Shown here piece by piece: positions 39,274-53,697 of a DNA stretch of 64,000 nt (position 1 is the stretch's first letter; every line of letters starts with the position of its first letter). The notes beneath the pieces are model-generated. The model saw only the letters and a program-made list of their open reading frames with translations. It had not been told where the DNA came from and did not search any database. The translations under genes were made by a program, and so were the position numbers. The DNA is from Vicugna vicugna (taxonomy: Eukaryota): NCBI GenBank assembly GCA_013265495.1, contig MU061579.1:5826963-5890962 (forward strand), read 5' to 3'.

Positions 39274-42200
39274 AGTAATGTGATGGAGAGCTGTAGGATC
39301 TGAATGGTCAGAAAGTCCTCTCTTGGGAGGTAATGTTTAAGATGAGATCTGGATGGCAAGAAGTAAACACCTGTGGTACAGTCTATGGACAGAAAAACAA
39401 CTCTGCAAAGGAAACCAATGTCAAGTCAAAGAACAAAACAAAGGCTCGTGCGATCAGAGCACTGGGGACAGAGGACAAGAAATGGTACTAAATAGGAAGA
39501 GAGAAAGTCACACAGGCTGCGGTCTGCAACTTAAACTTAATGTTGAATGGGATGGAAAGCTTCTACGTGGTTCCAAATGATGCACAGCCGATAAATCCAT
39601 GAAATCAGCATTGGCCTCAGCAGAATTCTCCCTCACGAGCTATTTATATTGTCTGAAATGATGTTCCTCTACATGCAATCAGTAACTAGCAGCTCACAGA
39701 CATTCACTGAGTACCTAATATATACCAATGACTAACCATTGGGGAATCAAAGAATAATGAGACATCATCCCCACTCTCAGTACATTTCAATCCCAGGAAT
39801 GGAGAATAATGCAGAAACATAGTTTTACCTTATACTTATTCCCTGTACAGAAATTCTCTTGTGGTACAACAGCTTTCTCACTGATGCATGGGATTACTAA
39901 TTCTGGAGAACTGTTGGTGAATTTACAAATGCAGACAAAACCAAAGATAGAATTATTAACAACTTCAACATATTTTTTTGCATTTATTGATGAGAACTGG
40001 AGTGCACGGTGTATGGTAATGAATTTTAATTTCAGACTACCTATGAATATTAGAATAGGACAAGAGAATGTTTTCTCTACCAGCGTAATTTAAATTAAAA
40101 CACACTCATAATGAGCTAAGCTAAACTACAACTGCCTGAAACCTTAAGTAACATATTCTGGCTTTAAATCAAACAGAGGCTTGCTCTCAATTAAAATAAA
40201 GTCTCAGTGTAATAAATGTTATGTTAATAAGTAGAGACTCAAGTGGTTTAAAACCCTATTTTAGAGACATCGTTCTCTATAAAAAATAATCTCTCCAAAT
40301 AACAGATAAATAGGTAGAGCTATAGATATGAACACTTTTACTGACCTCGATAAAGTACTATCAATGCTTCTTCTTTGTTTGCGATGGCCAGACCAGCATT
40401 TTCCTATTTCTGTGTATTACACATCTAAATTCCAAATCACCACAGGAGCAGGGCTCTAGCTTCACATTCATAACATCTCCTGAATATTCATATAAATTGC
40501 CTCCGAAAATGCTCTCATTAAAAAAGACCTGAGTAATAGTCCTTGGAAAGCACTTTAAAAATATGAACCTTTGTGTAAATGCTAAGTAGCATTTTTATTA
40601 GTGTTAAACATTAAACAATAGCAGAGGGAGTAATAAATTTAGATTTACGGCATGGCCAAGGAAGAAAAATATTTTCATGAGGAGCATCAAAGGACAGTAA
40701 AAGGAGCTTCAAGAAAGCAAAACTGCACGATGCTAAGGCACAGGAAAAGAGAGTCTCAAAGAACATGCCAGTCTGTATTGCAAGAATTTAGTCCGGTATA
40801 AAACATTACTGCCAATAGTAATGATTAGAGTAATGAGGGTCAAGAGGAAAGGCATTGAAGCTGTTTGAAAATGGAGCCCAATAAAGCATAACCCTCAATT
40901 AGATCGTTAGCCACCCAGTTTTGATAAGCTTACACCGGTAGTTCAGATTTCTTCCAGCAGACAAGGAAACATGAAGCAATTTGACTCACTTCACCATCTT
41001 GTAGTACGAAAGAACCCTGGAATTTTCTCATCCAGATGGATTAAGGTTCCCACTCTGCCATCCCTGACTCAGTTAGCAAAAATGCCCTCTTTTGGATGAT
41101 TATTTAGATGGAGAGTGATTTCTGGCAGCTCTCACTTTGTTCCTGGACAATGACTCACTGGTGAAGGCCAGTTCTTTCACCAATTCCAACTGGAGGAAGA
41201 CCCTCCACTTGCCATTGCTTTGGTGCTAAAATATAACACTGGAGTCAGGACTTCTGGCTCCTACTGCACCTCTGCAGGTGCAGGGACTGGACCTAATGGA
41301 ATAGAGCCTGCTCAGGTCATTCAAGGAGGGAGGAAGGATAGTTCAGTCCTCACAGCCATGCATGACCATTGTCTGTGCTCTCAGAAATATTGCCTTTTAA
41401 AAACCAAGTACATGGGGCCATATCATCAGAGCCAAGTTCACTGTAGGGAAACTTACTCAGGTCAAGTTAAGGTACCCTCCGGCTCATGATGATTACCAAT
41501 TATGCTTGTGTTTTTCACAATGCAGCTCTGTGCAGGAGGGAGCACAAGTGGTAATCATCATCTGTGTTGCTTTTGAAAAACTTTAGGATATAAATATTAA
41601 TTAGCTTTACATTTTGTTCGGTCAAGTGTAAAGTTAAAAATTTAAGACTAACCACACACACACCCCAAATGCACACAAAACCAGTGCAAGTTGGATGATC
41701 ACATTCCATCCTGAAGATAAAAATAAATTTGAATTAGAACTATTTCAAAAAATCCAATGAAGTTGAGATAAAGCAGCAAATCTGAATATATTAAGAATAG
41801 CAATATAAAGAATAATAAATGCAAAATGGTCAACTCGATCAGATTTTTAAAAAGAACCAAATATAAATGTGTAAAAAAGAACTGCAAAATTATCAAACTG
41901 AATAAAACCAAATTCAATTAAATAGTGTTTACAAAAGACATAGAAAAGACATAAGAAAGCATAGTAATTGGAAGCCAAAGAAAGAAAAAAGCTACTCCAA
42001 GCAAATACTAAATAAAAGGAAGAAAGCCTGAAGTTACAGACCTATTGACAAAATGGACTAAAGATAAAGAAGAAAGGATTAAGATGGTCAATGAACAACA
42101 GAGTTTACTAGCAATTCAATCATATGAACTAAGAACAAAGTATCACAATTTATAAAGCAAAATATTGAAAGATTACTATAATAGACAAAATTCCAACAAA

Positions 42201-42670
42201 TTTAATCAATGCAGTCCATTTATACTCTAATTAGAATTTACAAAAGTGTTCAGCAATTTAAATGAACAATATGAAACTATAAAACTCAGCTGCACTTCTA
42301 ACATATTAGCAAGAAATAGTTAATAAAATATTCTTAGATATATCAACAAAAAATGTGAAGCACTAAGAAATAAAACTAGCAAAATATGTATAAAGACCTC
42401 CCTAAGAGGATAATACAAAATGAAATTGAAAAATATAAAAATAAGCAAAGAAATGTAGAGACACATTGCTTTTATATAGGAAAATTTTCAACATCAAAGG
42501 ATGTCTATTCTCCATAAATTCAAAGTTGTCCCATCAAAATCACAGAAAGATCATCTGTGTAACATGAAAGTCTGATATCAGTTATCTACATAAAAAAGGA
42601 AAGATCCAAAATGCTTTAAACTATTATCGTAATTTAATCAAAGATGTGTCTTCTAAAATACATGCTTCTT

Positions 42671-43810
42671 TTTTTTACTTTAACATTTTTATTGAGTTAT
42701 AGTCATTTTACAATGTTGTGTCAAATTCCAGTGTAGAGCACAGTTCTTCAGATATACATGAACATATATATATTCATTATCAAATTTTTTTCACTGTGAG
42801 CTACCATAAGATTTTGTATATATCCATGTGCTATAAGTATACTCTCGTTTATCTATTCTACATTTCAAAATCCCAGTCTGTCCCTTCCCACCCCTCACCC
42901 CCTTGGCAACCACAAGTTTGTATTCTATGTCTGTGAGTCTATTTCTGTTTCATATTTATGCTTTGTTTTGTTTATTTTTTTAGATTCCACATATAAGTGA
43001 TCTCATATGGTATTTTTCTTTCTCTTTTTGGCTTACTTCACTTAGAATGACATTCTCCAGGAACATCCATGTTGCTGCAAATGGCATTATGTTATGGGTT
43101 TTTGTGGCTGAATAGTATTCTATTGTATAAATATACCACATCTTCTTTATCCAGTCATCTGTTGATTGACATTTTGGCTGTCTCCATGTCTTGGCTATTG
43201 TAAATAGTGCTGCTATGAACATTTTGGTGCAGGTGTCATTTTGAGGTAGGGTTCCTTCTGGATATATGCCCAGGAGCAGGATTCCTGGGTCATATGGTAA
43301 GTCTATTCCTAGTCTTTTGAGGAATCTCCATACTGTTTTCCACAGTGGCTGCACCAAACTGCATTCCCACCAGCAGTGTAGGAGGGTTCCCTTTCCTCCA
43401 CAGCCTCTCCAGCATTTGTCATTTGTGGACTTTTGAATGTTGGCCATTCTGACTGGTGTGAGGTGATACCTCATTGTAGTTTTGATTTGCATTTCTCTGA
43501 TAATTAGTGATACTGAGCAGTTTTTCATGTGCCTATTGATCATTTGTATGTCTTCCTTGGAGAACTGCTTGTTTAGGTCTTTTGCCCATTTTTGGATGGG
43601 GTTGTTTGTTTATTTCTTGTTAAGTCATATAAGCTGCTTATATATTCTGGAGATCAAGCCTTTGTTGATTTCATTTGCAAAAATTTTCTCCCATTGTATA
43701 GGTTGTCGTTTTGTTTTACTTATGGTTTCCTTTGCTGTGCAGAAGCTTGTAAGTTTAATTAGGTCCCATTTGTTTATTCTTGCTTTTATTTCTATTCCTT
43801 GGGAAGACTG
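42671..43810 (-). mobile_element. 5'-truncated L1 of the younger lineage, ORF2 C-terminus still open
   Basis: ORF 42980-43543 with [18 protein letters not shown] zinc-knuckle region; TSD CTAAAATACATGCTTCTT 42653-42670 vs CTAAAACATATACTTCTT 43811-43828. Confidence 0.96.
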
Positions 43811-44102
43811 CTAAAACATATACTTCTTGGTAATTTTTGAGGTTTCTTTGCATATAATTATATAAGCTATTTTTGTAAAAACACTACATATTTTAAAAGC
43901 ATAGATGTTTTCTCTCTGCATTATAACTTATTGATCATTTAAATAAAGCTTTTTATGACAAATCAGCTGTTGTTCTAAGAATGGAGTCCATTTCCAGACA
44001 CACTGGGCCCAGGGAAAGATGAACAATGCAGTTTGTAAGCAACAAAACTACTCGAGACAAATTATTCTTAAATCCATTTGTGGAGCTCTCAGTCAGGCAA
44101 TT

Positions 44103-44884
44103 TTGAAAAAGAATAAATGAGAAAAATCTGTCTAACAAAATATCAAGATTCAGTCCAAAGTTAAATAAATAAGAACTAATTTTAGAACAATTATACACAG
44201 TGGAATGGCCACTGGAATTAAAAACAGAATGGCCAATAGAATTAAACAGAAACTCTAGAGACGTATCTAAATATAGATGTTTTATATATGTCAGTGATGG
44301 CATTGCAAATCAGGATAAAATTTGGGCTCATCAATAAATGACACTGGGAAAACTAGTATCCCATATTAAAATGAAAAAAAAAAAGTTACTTCCTCATACA
44401 AGATTTGAAATCCATTTCATGGGAGCAATGACCTAAATGTTTTAGAGAAAAAAAAAAAGGAGATTAAAAAAATTTTTTTAGAACAAAACATTGAAAAAAG
44501 AATAAATGAGAAAAATCTGTCTAACAAAATATCAAGATTCAGTCCAAAGTTAAATAAATAAGAACTAATTTTAGAACAATTATACACAGTGGAATGGCCA
44601 CTGGAATTAAAAACAGAATGGCCAATAGAATTAAACAGAAACTCTAGAGACGTATCTAAATATAGATGTTTTATATATGTCAGTGATGGCATTGCAAATC
44701 AGGATAAAATTTGGGCTCATCAATAAATGACACTGGGAAAACTAGTATCCCATATTAAAATGAAAAAAAAAAAGTTACTTCCTCATACAAGATTTGAAAT
44801 CCATTTCATGGGAGCAATGACCTAAATGTTTTAGAGAAAAAAAAAAAGGAGTCTATAAAACTTTTTTTAGAACAAAACATTGAA
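44103..44884. repeat. ~389-bp head-to-tail tandem duplication of an ancient L1 ORF2 relic
   Basis: Units start at 44103 and 44491; ORFs 43953-44303 and 44417-44692 share identical N-termini. Confidence 0.95.
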
Positions 44885-46124
44885 GTATCTCTTACTAATA
44901 TCTGAGTAAGGGAAAATGTGTTAATTTGACACAGAAAGCACAAAAGACAAGATAAAGGACTGATAAATACATTTCTGCTGTTTATCTCCTCCCCATAGCA
45001 ACTTTCCCTTCAGTTCTTCAAACTCACATTCACATCCTAGCCTCTGGATGTGCTGATCTCATGGCCTGGAATGTCCATCTAAACCCTGCTTCCAGGTTTT
45101 ACCTCGATTAACTCCAACTCATCCTTCATATGTTGGCTCAAATGCCCAATTTCCTCAAGAAAGAGAGATTCTAGAGTGAATCTGTTAGCCAGACAGTTTT
45201 CTTTGACATAAAACAATTATAAGAGTGGCATATTGTCACCTTTGTAATATCTCATTAATTAGAAGCAAGTCACAGGCACCTCTCCTATTTCAGGGGAAAT
45301 CTGCCCACCAGGGAGTTTTTTAAATTCCTGGCTTTCAGAATAATCTTTCATGTATGGTGCATTTTGTGCTAAAGTTCTTCATCATATTTACTATTTACAA
45401 TAAATACGAGAATGATAAGATACCAGTATTCAGGTAGTACTGTTCTCATACTTCATCTAATGCATCTTTTGAACCACGTAGTGAGATAAGCAGTAGCAGC
45501 AGCCCCAGCATAACTATTTCGTGTCTGAGGAAACAGAAGCCCAGGGAAGAGATCTGCACTCAAGAACACATAATCTGTAAGTAACAGAGCTGGAATCTCA
45601 GCACTGTTTTTCTGATAATAATCCCAATGCTCCAGCTGACCACTTTGCTTCACTGGGAAGTGCGCTGACAAAGGCTGGCTTCCTCAAACTCAGCAAGCAG
45701 ATTTAACTCCAAGAAACAAAGAAAACCATTACTGCTTCCAAAATTTAATGTATCTTTTTACAACTTAATGATGATAGGAAATTAATAACACTTTATTCCA
45801 GTCATACAGAGAAAAGAGAGTATAATTATCTTCTTAGCCTTTTGTGTACTAGCTTCTTCTATTCCACACACCACCCCACCCCATCGTTGGCTTGTCTTAG
45901 CAAGCTGTGCTGTATCTCTCTTGCACAAGGAATTGAATGAATTCTCCACTCCGCAAAAATGCCACAAAACAATCTCCATGTCCATAGCTGACTCAGAACT
46001 TAAGGATCCATTTCTCCTCTTTCTATTATGTAATTATGATGTTTAAGGGAGTAGATATCTTTTCTTTCGAAGATTTAAATTACTAAACAAAACAAATATG
46101 TTTTAAGCCACTTAACACAGCCTT

Positions 46125-46300
46125 CTTTTAAAAATGTTTTTAAAATTTTTATTGAAGAATAGTCGGTTTACAATGTTCCATCAATTTTTGGTATACAGCA
46201 TAATGTTTCAGTCATACATATGCATACATATATTTGTTTTCATATTCTTTGTCATTATAGGTTACTACAAGATATTGAATATGGTTCCCTGTGCTATACG
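46125..46300 (-). mobile_element. Short L1 3' end with perfect 11-bp TSD
   Basis: AACACAGCCTT at 46114-46124 and 46301-46311; TTTTTATTGAAG...CAAGATATTGAATATGGTTCCCTGTGCTATAC. Confidence 0.9.
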
Positions 46301-46656
46301 AACACAGCCTTGTGCACACACACACACACACACAAATCACAAATAATGATCTTTGTGTAAATAATTACATTTTACTCAACATGTAAAAGTATAGGAACTT
46401 TTTTATTTGATGTTCAGGGTCAGTCATTTGGCCTTTAATTTCCATAGGGTATTTCCTTTACAGTCACTTGAGATTTCTGGTATTTATTCTTCTTTACTTA
46501 ACATGCTCTGGTTGGAATGGTTGTCATATTATCTTGTGTTGCCTTCAAAAGCTTTACTGGAGCAATAGACAGAAAGGAGATTTATTTTGGAGAGCTTGGA
46601 GAGTGGAGGAGATGAATTTATGGGAAAATAATCTGACTTTACGGGAATGTTTTGGC

Positions 46657-46792
46657 AACTTTTAATTTATCTTAAACTGAGTATTATTATCCAGATTTAG
46701 TATCAGAATAATTAATGGTATCAACTGTTCATAATATTCAGCTAATAAATGTAATGACTTATAAGCCACAGAGGAGTAAAATCTAACATGTT
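46657..46792 (+). repeat. 136-bp dispersed direct repeat, copy 1
   Basis: Ungapped match to 48593-48728; 17 mismatches by manual count. Confidence 0.9.
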
Positions 46793-48592
46793 ATATTACA
46801 GTAGTTATAAGCTGATAACTAAAGGTCAAAAAATTCATGAAAATGGGTAAAAAATACTAAATAAACATATTATAAAACAGCCAAGCCAATGGCCAATTAA
46901 CAGGTAAAATCAGGTTCAAACTCAGTGGCCAACAGGAAAATTGACATATAACAGAAATAATCTAGTAATCATCTATCAGATGGATAGAAATTAAAAAGAG
47001 TACTCATAATTAGTGATGCTTGAGATGACATGGAAGATAATATCTCATGGATGCTTTCTAGAAATAAGTTTATTATTTTTGAAAAGCAAACTGGTGATAT
47101 GCACTTCAATTAAAAATGCCATGTTTCTTCCATAGAATTATAAGCACATGCACTTTAGGATATTTGCTGCAGAAGATTTATTGCAACATCTTCTGTGTAG
47201 TTACAAAACACTAGAAGCTAAGCATACACCTATCAATTGCAGAATGATTGGACAAATTGTGGTTCACCAATGTCATTAAATAAAATTGGTTAGCTTTGTA
47301 TCAGTTGATTTGAAGAGATTGCTAAGATGTGTGGTTGGAGGCAGAAAGCAAGGAAGCAGTGTACAAAAAGTGACCTCACATGGGAAAAATCGACCAAATT
47401 TTTTATGATTTTGCATGATGGGAGCCTGGAAAAGGCTATGAAAAGATTTGTGAGAGATTGTTAACTTAGAAAGGAGTTTGGGAGAAAGTTCAAAGGAAAG
47501 AAAATCTTGAAATCTGCAAAATGAATTCTACTTATAAAAAACAGATGATAATGTGATGTGATATATATATGTGCATCCACAGAAAACATGCAAAAGGTAA
47601 ATTTTTAAGATCTTATTGGCATTTATATCAGAGTGGTATAATATGTTTTGGATTTTATATTTTATTTAAAAATTTTGATATTATTTAAATGTTTCACAAT
47701 GAGGATAAGAAGAGGAAGAAAGGAATAGTAATTGTATGAAAACAAATAGAATTTTTATAATCTGCAATGTATTTCAGAAAACTATTTAGACTCCATACTT
47801 AAGAGATATAGAGTCTTATGAGGTACTTAACCTTTTAGGCAATATTTCCTCCTACGAGTAGAAACACTTTCAAATGCCATGTCTTTATTTCCCATAAAAA
47901 CTGTTTGCCTTTTGGGTTTCCACCTCTTGTTATTGGCAGGGAGGAAGCCTGTCTTTTTCAGGGCTGCAGGTTAGTTACCAGATCAGCAGGAAGGCTACCT
48001 GTAGCTGAACACGATTCCATAGATTCTTTTGGTCTTACACCTCAGTCTCCACCTCTGAGACCAAACACCCATGGATGAGAGAGTTTTCTATTTTTCATGA
48101 AATATTAATTCCCTTTTCAGGAAAGTCTGACAGTTCTCAAAATGATATGCTCTCATAGAGAAACAGAGTTCTTTTTTCTTTTGCTATATGTTCAGAATTA
48201 AAGTCCTTGAAGGCTAAAGTTAACCATCTTGTCCTAACCTCACAGTTACAAAAAATAAAGGAGATGCCTTTTAAAATAATGTTATGTAACCCAAGAGGTG
48301 ACAGATTAATTTTCTGTGTTATTTCCTGTTGTCTCATGGGGATATTGATAATTCGTAAGATATGAGCAGCTGACAGACGTAAATATCTAGTTAGGATAAA
48401 ATTAATTATTTTGCCTTATTGTAAAAATGAAGTTGTTTCTCATCTAAGCTCTTGAATTGAGACCAAAAATAACATTTTAGTGTTTTTGTCTTGTGTCAAT
48501 TTTAGATTATGCTCAGTTTAGATGTTTGTTTTAAGCATAGGAGATCTTTCTTTTTGTTTTCTCTTGGCAAGTCAGACTCCAGAAAACAAAGT

Positions 48593-48728
48593 AACTTTTA
48601 ATTTATCTTAAAACAAGTATGATTACCCAGATTTAGTATCCAAGCACTTAATGGTAACAACTGTGCATAACATTCAGCTATTAAATGTTATGCCTTATAA
48701 GCCACAGAGGAGTAAAATCTAATATGTT
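48593..48728 (+). repeat. 136-bp dispersed direct repeat, copy 2
   Basis: Shares CTTATAAGCCACAGAGGAGTAAAATCTAA and AACTTTTAATTTATCTTAAA exactly with copy 1. Confidence 0.9.
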
Positions 48729-49750
48729 GCAAGGTTAAAGGAGACAGAGAAATCAAGACCAATATGGAAAAATTTACTATTGCATTTGTATGAAGTGACG
48801 TGGATATGACCCTATCTCCCCTCCCTCATATCAAATACAAAGTAATTGCTAGTGATTCGCATTTTTTTTTGTAAACCTCCCTATTATAGAAAGTATAAAT
48901 ATAATCAAGGAGGATAAGTAAATGTGTCACAAATAGTTTGGGCTGCTTACTGAGGATCTCGTTTTTATATTTTAAAATATATAAATTACAGGGACGTTTC
49001 AACCCTGTGGATTTTTTAAAGCATAGGAATCCTATATTGAAACAACTTCTTAGATTCCTTCCACATAAGCCTGAATTACAGTTGCCATAATTAAATTCCA
49101 GTTTCATTCAAACTTTATATGTTTTAAGCCCATGTTAAAATGTAACTAAAACTTCTTTTGCATAAATGTCACTAGAGTGGTTCTCTATGTCTCGCCCTAA
49201 CACACACAAACATACACACACACACACAATCACACACACTGTTCTGTTCCACAACCCCTGTGGCTCCGAGCAAACTCAACCCTAAAATTTTTGAGGCTAT
49301 TAAAACTCTATCAAAATTGGAACAGTCTGATCTGAATTACTCCCTATGGTCCCTAAAATCCCAACAAGCATCAGAATTTACTTTAAGTTCCTAAAATGTC
49401 CATTGCCACATACTCTACAAACCAGAAATAGTCGTTCCTTCCTTATCACCCCATTCCATTTGACTTCACTCATACCAGTTTGTTATTTGTGTTGCAAACA
49501 CTTGTTTACTTTGAGTCTGTGGGAGTTACTTTGTGAAGAAAGATTTCCCATATTAATTATCTATGTATCCCCTGTATCTAAATCCAAGAACACCTTCCAT
49601 GCAGAAGCCCGTCAATAAACATTTACTGCATTTAGTTGAAGTCTAGTATCTAAATTCACAGGAAGAAAAAGGCAAATGACAAAGGCTTTCAGTCTTCATC
49701 TTCTTTCCCTCATTAATAGAATTCTCAGATACATGGAATGTGCACTTGCC

Positions 49751-49800
49751 TATATATATATATATATATACATACACACACACACACACGCATATACATA
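49751..49800. repeat. (TA)n(CA)n microsatellite
   Basis: Direct reading. Confidence 0.9.
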
Positions 49801-51285
49801 TTTTAACGGTATCTAGTGATCTCTCCTCTCTTAGTGATCTGTCCATTAACACATGGAATAATTTAGATGAACTTGAAGGATTTGCCTTGCTGAGCATCAT
49901 TTGCCAAGTGTAGCTTTAAGCAAGATGAACACTTCCAAAGGAACTGCTTTAAAATATTCTCTAGACTGAATCAAAAAGAGTCCCTTAGTCCCTTATCTGA
50001 CAAAAATAACAGATTCACTACACACATCACTATTTCTTAATGGGGAATTATTTCAGTTTCCCAATCATCTAGGTCCTAAAGCTAAAGATAGATACACTAA
50101 AATTAGTTTACAAAAATGCCAGACTTCCCTTGTGATTTCTGATGCAATGATTCATACAGCCTGCCATGGACACATTGAATATATAACTTAAGAAGTCTTA
50201 AGGTATAGTAACTTCTCTGGAATCTCTTTTGAGACAATCTTTCTACTTATTTTGCAACTCCCCATAACTAAAAAAAAAAAAAAAGGTTTAATAAAGAACA
50301 GTTTGCTCTTAAGAACAGATACCTTGAACTTAGTACTGATTTAAGTGTAATTTAAGTGTAACATTTATTTATCCAATGAATATGTAATGAGAATCTTTAT
50401 GTGCCAGATACCAGATTGTATGGCAATTAAATGGCAATGCAGATTCAAACAGGACTTTGTCTGCACCCTCTTGTTGCTTAGGCACAAGAAGGAGAGGACA
50501 GACCACAAATAAATGCATACAGTTGTGTATAATTTGAAATAAAGAGCAGTAATTTGAAGCACTGACTATAAGGGCTAGTGAGTGGCTGGGGGGGTAGCAT
50601 TTTTAATGAGTTGCTCAGGGAATTCTCTGAAGATGGGGTATTTCGGCAGATAATGGAATTAAAAATTCAGAAACAGAAGGAGAAGTCAGCTAAGCAGATA
50701 AGGATACAGAAACTTGTGATGTAGGAGGGAAAAGAATTCAAAAGTTACTTGGTGAAAGTATATCAAGGGTTTTTTTTTTAAGACTTTTAATTATCTTAGT
50801 GTCTTAACCTTAGCTATTAGCAAAGAGCCAAGAATCGTCAGATATTTGATGAAAGTCTCCAACTAAGAGAGAAATACTAAACTTAAACAGAAAAAAGAAA
50901 GGAAATAGAGCACATCCAGACAATGCCAAAAGTAGACATCCTCAGAAAAAAAATCAGTTGGTGCTCTCACAGAATTCAAAGATATTGCATCAAAATTATA
51001 TATGCGAGCATTTTAGTGCTATCTGATTTATAAGCCATGAGCATGTATTACATTAACAATGATGATAAACTAATTGAGAGATTCTTTTGTATAGTATACA
51101 ATAAGCAGGTAGTCTTGACTTGTTAAATTTTTTGATGATAAACTGTGACAGAAAGATGAAAAAATGATAAGAAATAAGAAAAATGGTTCTGAATAATTGG
51201 AGAGACATTATATTTTTTGATAAAGGGATTTCTGTGATTTATCAACTAAAGTACTATGACTGAAAGGAACAGAAAAAGCAATACA

Positions 51286-51363
51286 CACTGACTGAAACAT
51301 TGTGCTGTACACCAGAAATTGACACATTGTAACTGAATATACTTCACTTTAAAAAAAAAAAAA
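51286..51363 (+). mobile_element. Minimal L1 3' terminus with polyA
   Basis: TGACTGAAACATTGTGCTGTACACCAGAAATTGACACATTGTAACTGA followed by an A run; resembles the 3' end at ~60138-60219. Confidence 0.75.
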
Positions 51364-52744
51364 CACCAGTTCAATAACCAAAGAAATGAATGGCAGGGAT
51401 GATAGTAAGGCTACATATAAGAACTGGCGAAAAGGTATTAGAAGAAAACAACATTTTAAAAATGTATACCTGACTATAAATTTAGTCTACAGTACCAACA
51501 ATGTTTGCACTTGGAGAGACTTTTCTACATTCCGTAGGATGGAATCCTTGGTTCTTGAAGCCTTTCAGTAGCCTGTTCAGCGTGGTGGGAGACACTGCAG
51601 AACGTGAGAATTTCTGCTGGTATCATTTTGTTTGACTTATTTAAATAATTATTTTAGTATTCCAAGTTAATGTGAGGTTTCATAAAACTAGTAAACACCT
51701 CTTAAATGACCCTCTAAATCTCAGAAATGGCAATTTTAAATCAAAGAAGGTTTTTTTTTCCTTTTCGTCTTTCTTTCCCTAAATTGAATATTCTACATTA
51801 CAAGACAGTATTAACAAGAAGCAAACTTTCATTCAGATGGCTGATGGTGTGAATTCCCTTTGTGCTTTATTTTTATTTCTAGTGTTTATATGACATTTAA
51901 AGCACCTCTGCTTTGTTGATAGATATTGAACACCAATAATTGTACTACCTGAGCTAATAAGGCAACTAGAGCGTGTTTACTGTGCCCATCAATTTTCTAT
52001 TCAGCAGAACATCTCAAATCCAGTTAACGAGGAAGAGCAGTGCGAAATGGCTGCTTAATTGTGTATGTGGTATTCTCCAAAGCTAACCAATGACCTCAAT
52101 TAACAAATCAAGGTTAGCACTGTTCATTTCACTGTCTTTCACAGCCTTCTGCAGCTGCTTTCCCCAAAGCAAGCCTCTGTCTCATAGAGAATCTTTACTG
52201 GGTTTGCACTAAGCAGAGAGATTGGTCAACCCACAGAGGAAATGATGAAGATCTCGGTTTAACCTGAACCTGAGTAGCACCACAAACAGCAAAACAATTT
52301 TAGCTGTTATTTTTCTTTTCAGAGTGCTTTGAGAACCTACGAGTAGGGAAAATAGAACTTTATGTCTTCATATCATAGACTTCCTTGGGGCTGTACTAGA
52401 ATGTTAATAAAATGCTAGGTAAAACATATATCTAGCATCCAGGGACAGGAATGTACTGTCTTTGCAAATGTTAAATAAGCTGTTCCATTATCTTGCACAT
52501 TAGCTCCATAACAAAATACACTTTGAATATAGCTTAGATATTTTTAGTGGTTGATAGCTATCATTAAAAAGACAAGGGATGGCATGAATACCCTTTAATC
52601 TGAGTAGGCTTTTTTTGATGGAAATTTAAAAAGATATACTCAGATTTGTTTTTTACTTTTTCTGTAAAACCTAACTTTTAAGACTAACCGTAGACAGAAG
52701 GCCACATTACAGGAAGAGAGGGGAAAAAAAAAAGTTAAATGTTC

Positions 52745-53599
52745 TGTTTCTGGGAAAATTGGGCAGCTACATGTAAAAGAATGAGATTAGGACATTTCCC
52801 CACACCGTACACAGAAATAAACTCAAAATGGATTAAAGTCCTAAATGTAAGACTAGAAACCATAAAACTCCTAGAAGAAAACATAGGCAGAACCCTCTTT
52901 CACATAAATTGTAGCAATATTTTTTTGGATCTGTCCCTAAGGCAAAAGAAATGAAAGAAATAAAAATTAACAATGGGGCTTAATTACACATAAACGCTTT
53001 TGCAAAGCAAAGGAAACCACTGACAAAATGAAAATACAACCTAATGAATAGGAGAAAATATTTGCAAATGATATGCTGGATAAGGAGTTATTATCCAAAA
53101 TATATAAACAGCTTATATAACTCAACAGCAAAAAAAAAAAACAAAGAAACAACCAGTATAAAACATGGGCAGACCTGAATAGACATTTTTCCAAAGACAT
53201 ATAGATAGCTAAGAGGCACATGAAAATTTCAACATCAATAATTATTAGAGAAATGCAGATCAAAACCACAGTGAGATATCATATTACATCTATTAGAATG
53301 GTTAACATCAAAAAGTTATAAATAAAAATTACTGGTGAGAATGTGGAGAAAAGGGAACCCTAGTACACTGTTGGTGGGAATATAAATTGGTGCAGACACT
53401 ATGGAAAACAGAATGGAGGTTTCTCAAAAAACAAAACATAGAACTACCATACAACCCAGCAATTCTAATCCTTGGCATGTATTTGAAAAAAAATGAATCA
53501 TTAATTCGAAAAGATACATGGCACCTCAAAATATTCATGGCTGCATTATTTACCATAGCCAAGACATGGAAACAACCTAAGTGTCCATCAACAGATAAA

Positions 53600-53650
<51 letters not shown>

Positions 53651-53666
53651 GATTTTATATATATAT

Positions 53667-53697
<31 letters not shown>

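Noticed and set aside
41263..41282. 8-bp-stem hairpin CTGCACCT-CTGC-AGGTGCAG
   Set aside because: Too short for a pre-miRNA and compatible with chance
40730..41490. Possible processed pseudogene in a GC-richer stretch
   Set aside because: No recognisable protein on inspection, no polyA and no TSD
42980..43543. Longest ORF (187 aa) as a host gene
   Set aside because: It is the L1 ORF2 C-terminus
52300..52345. Strong acceptor TTTTTCTTTTCAG
   Set aside because: No convincing donor or reading frame downstream
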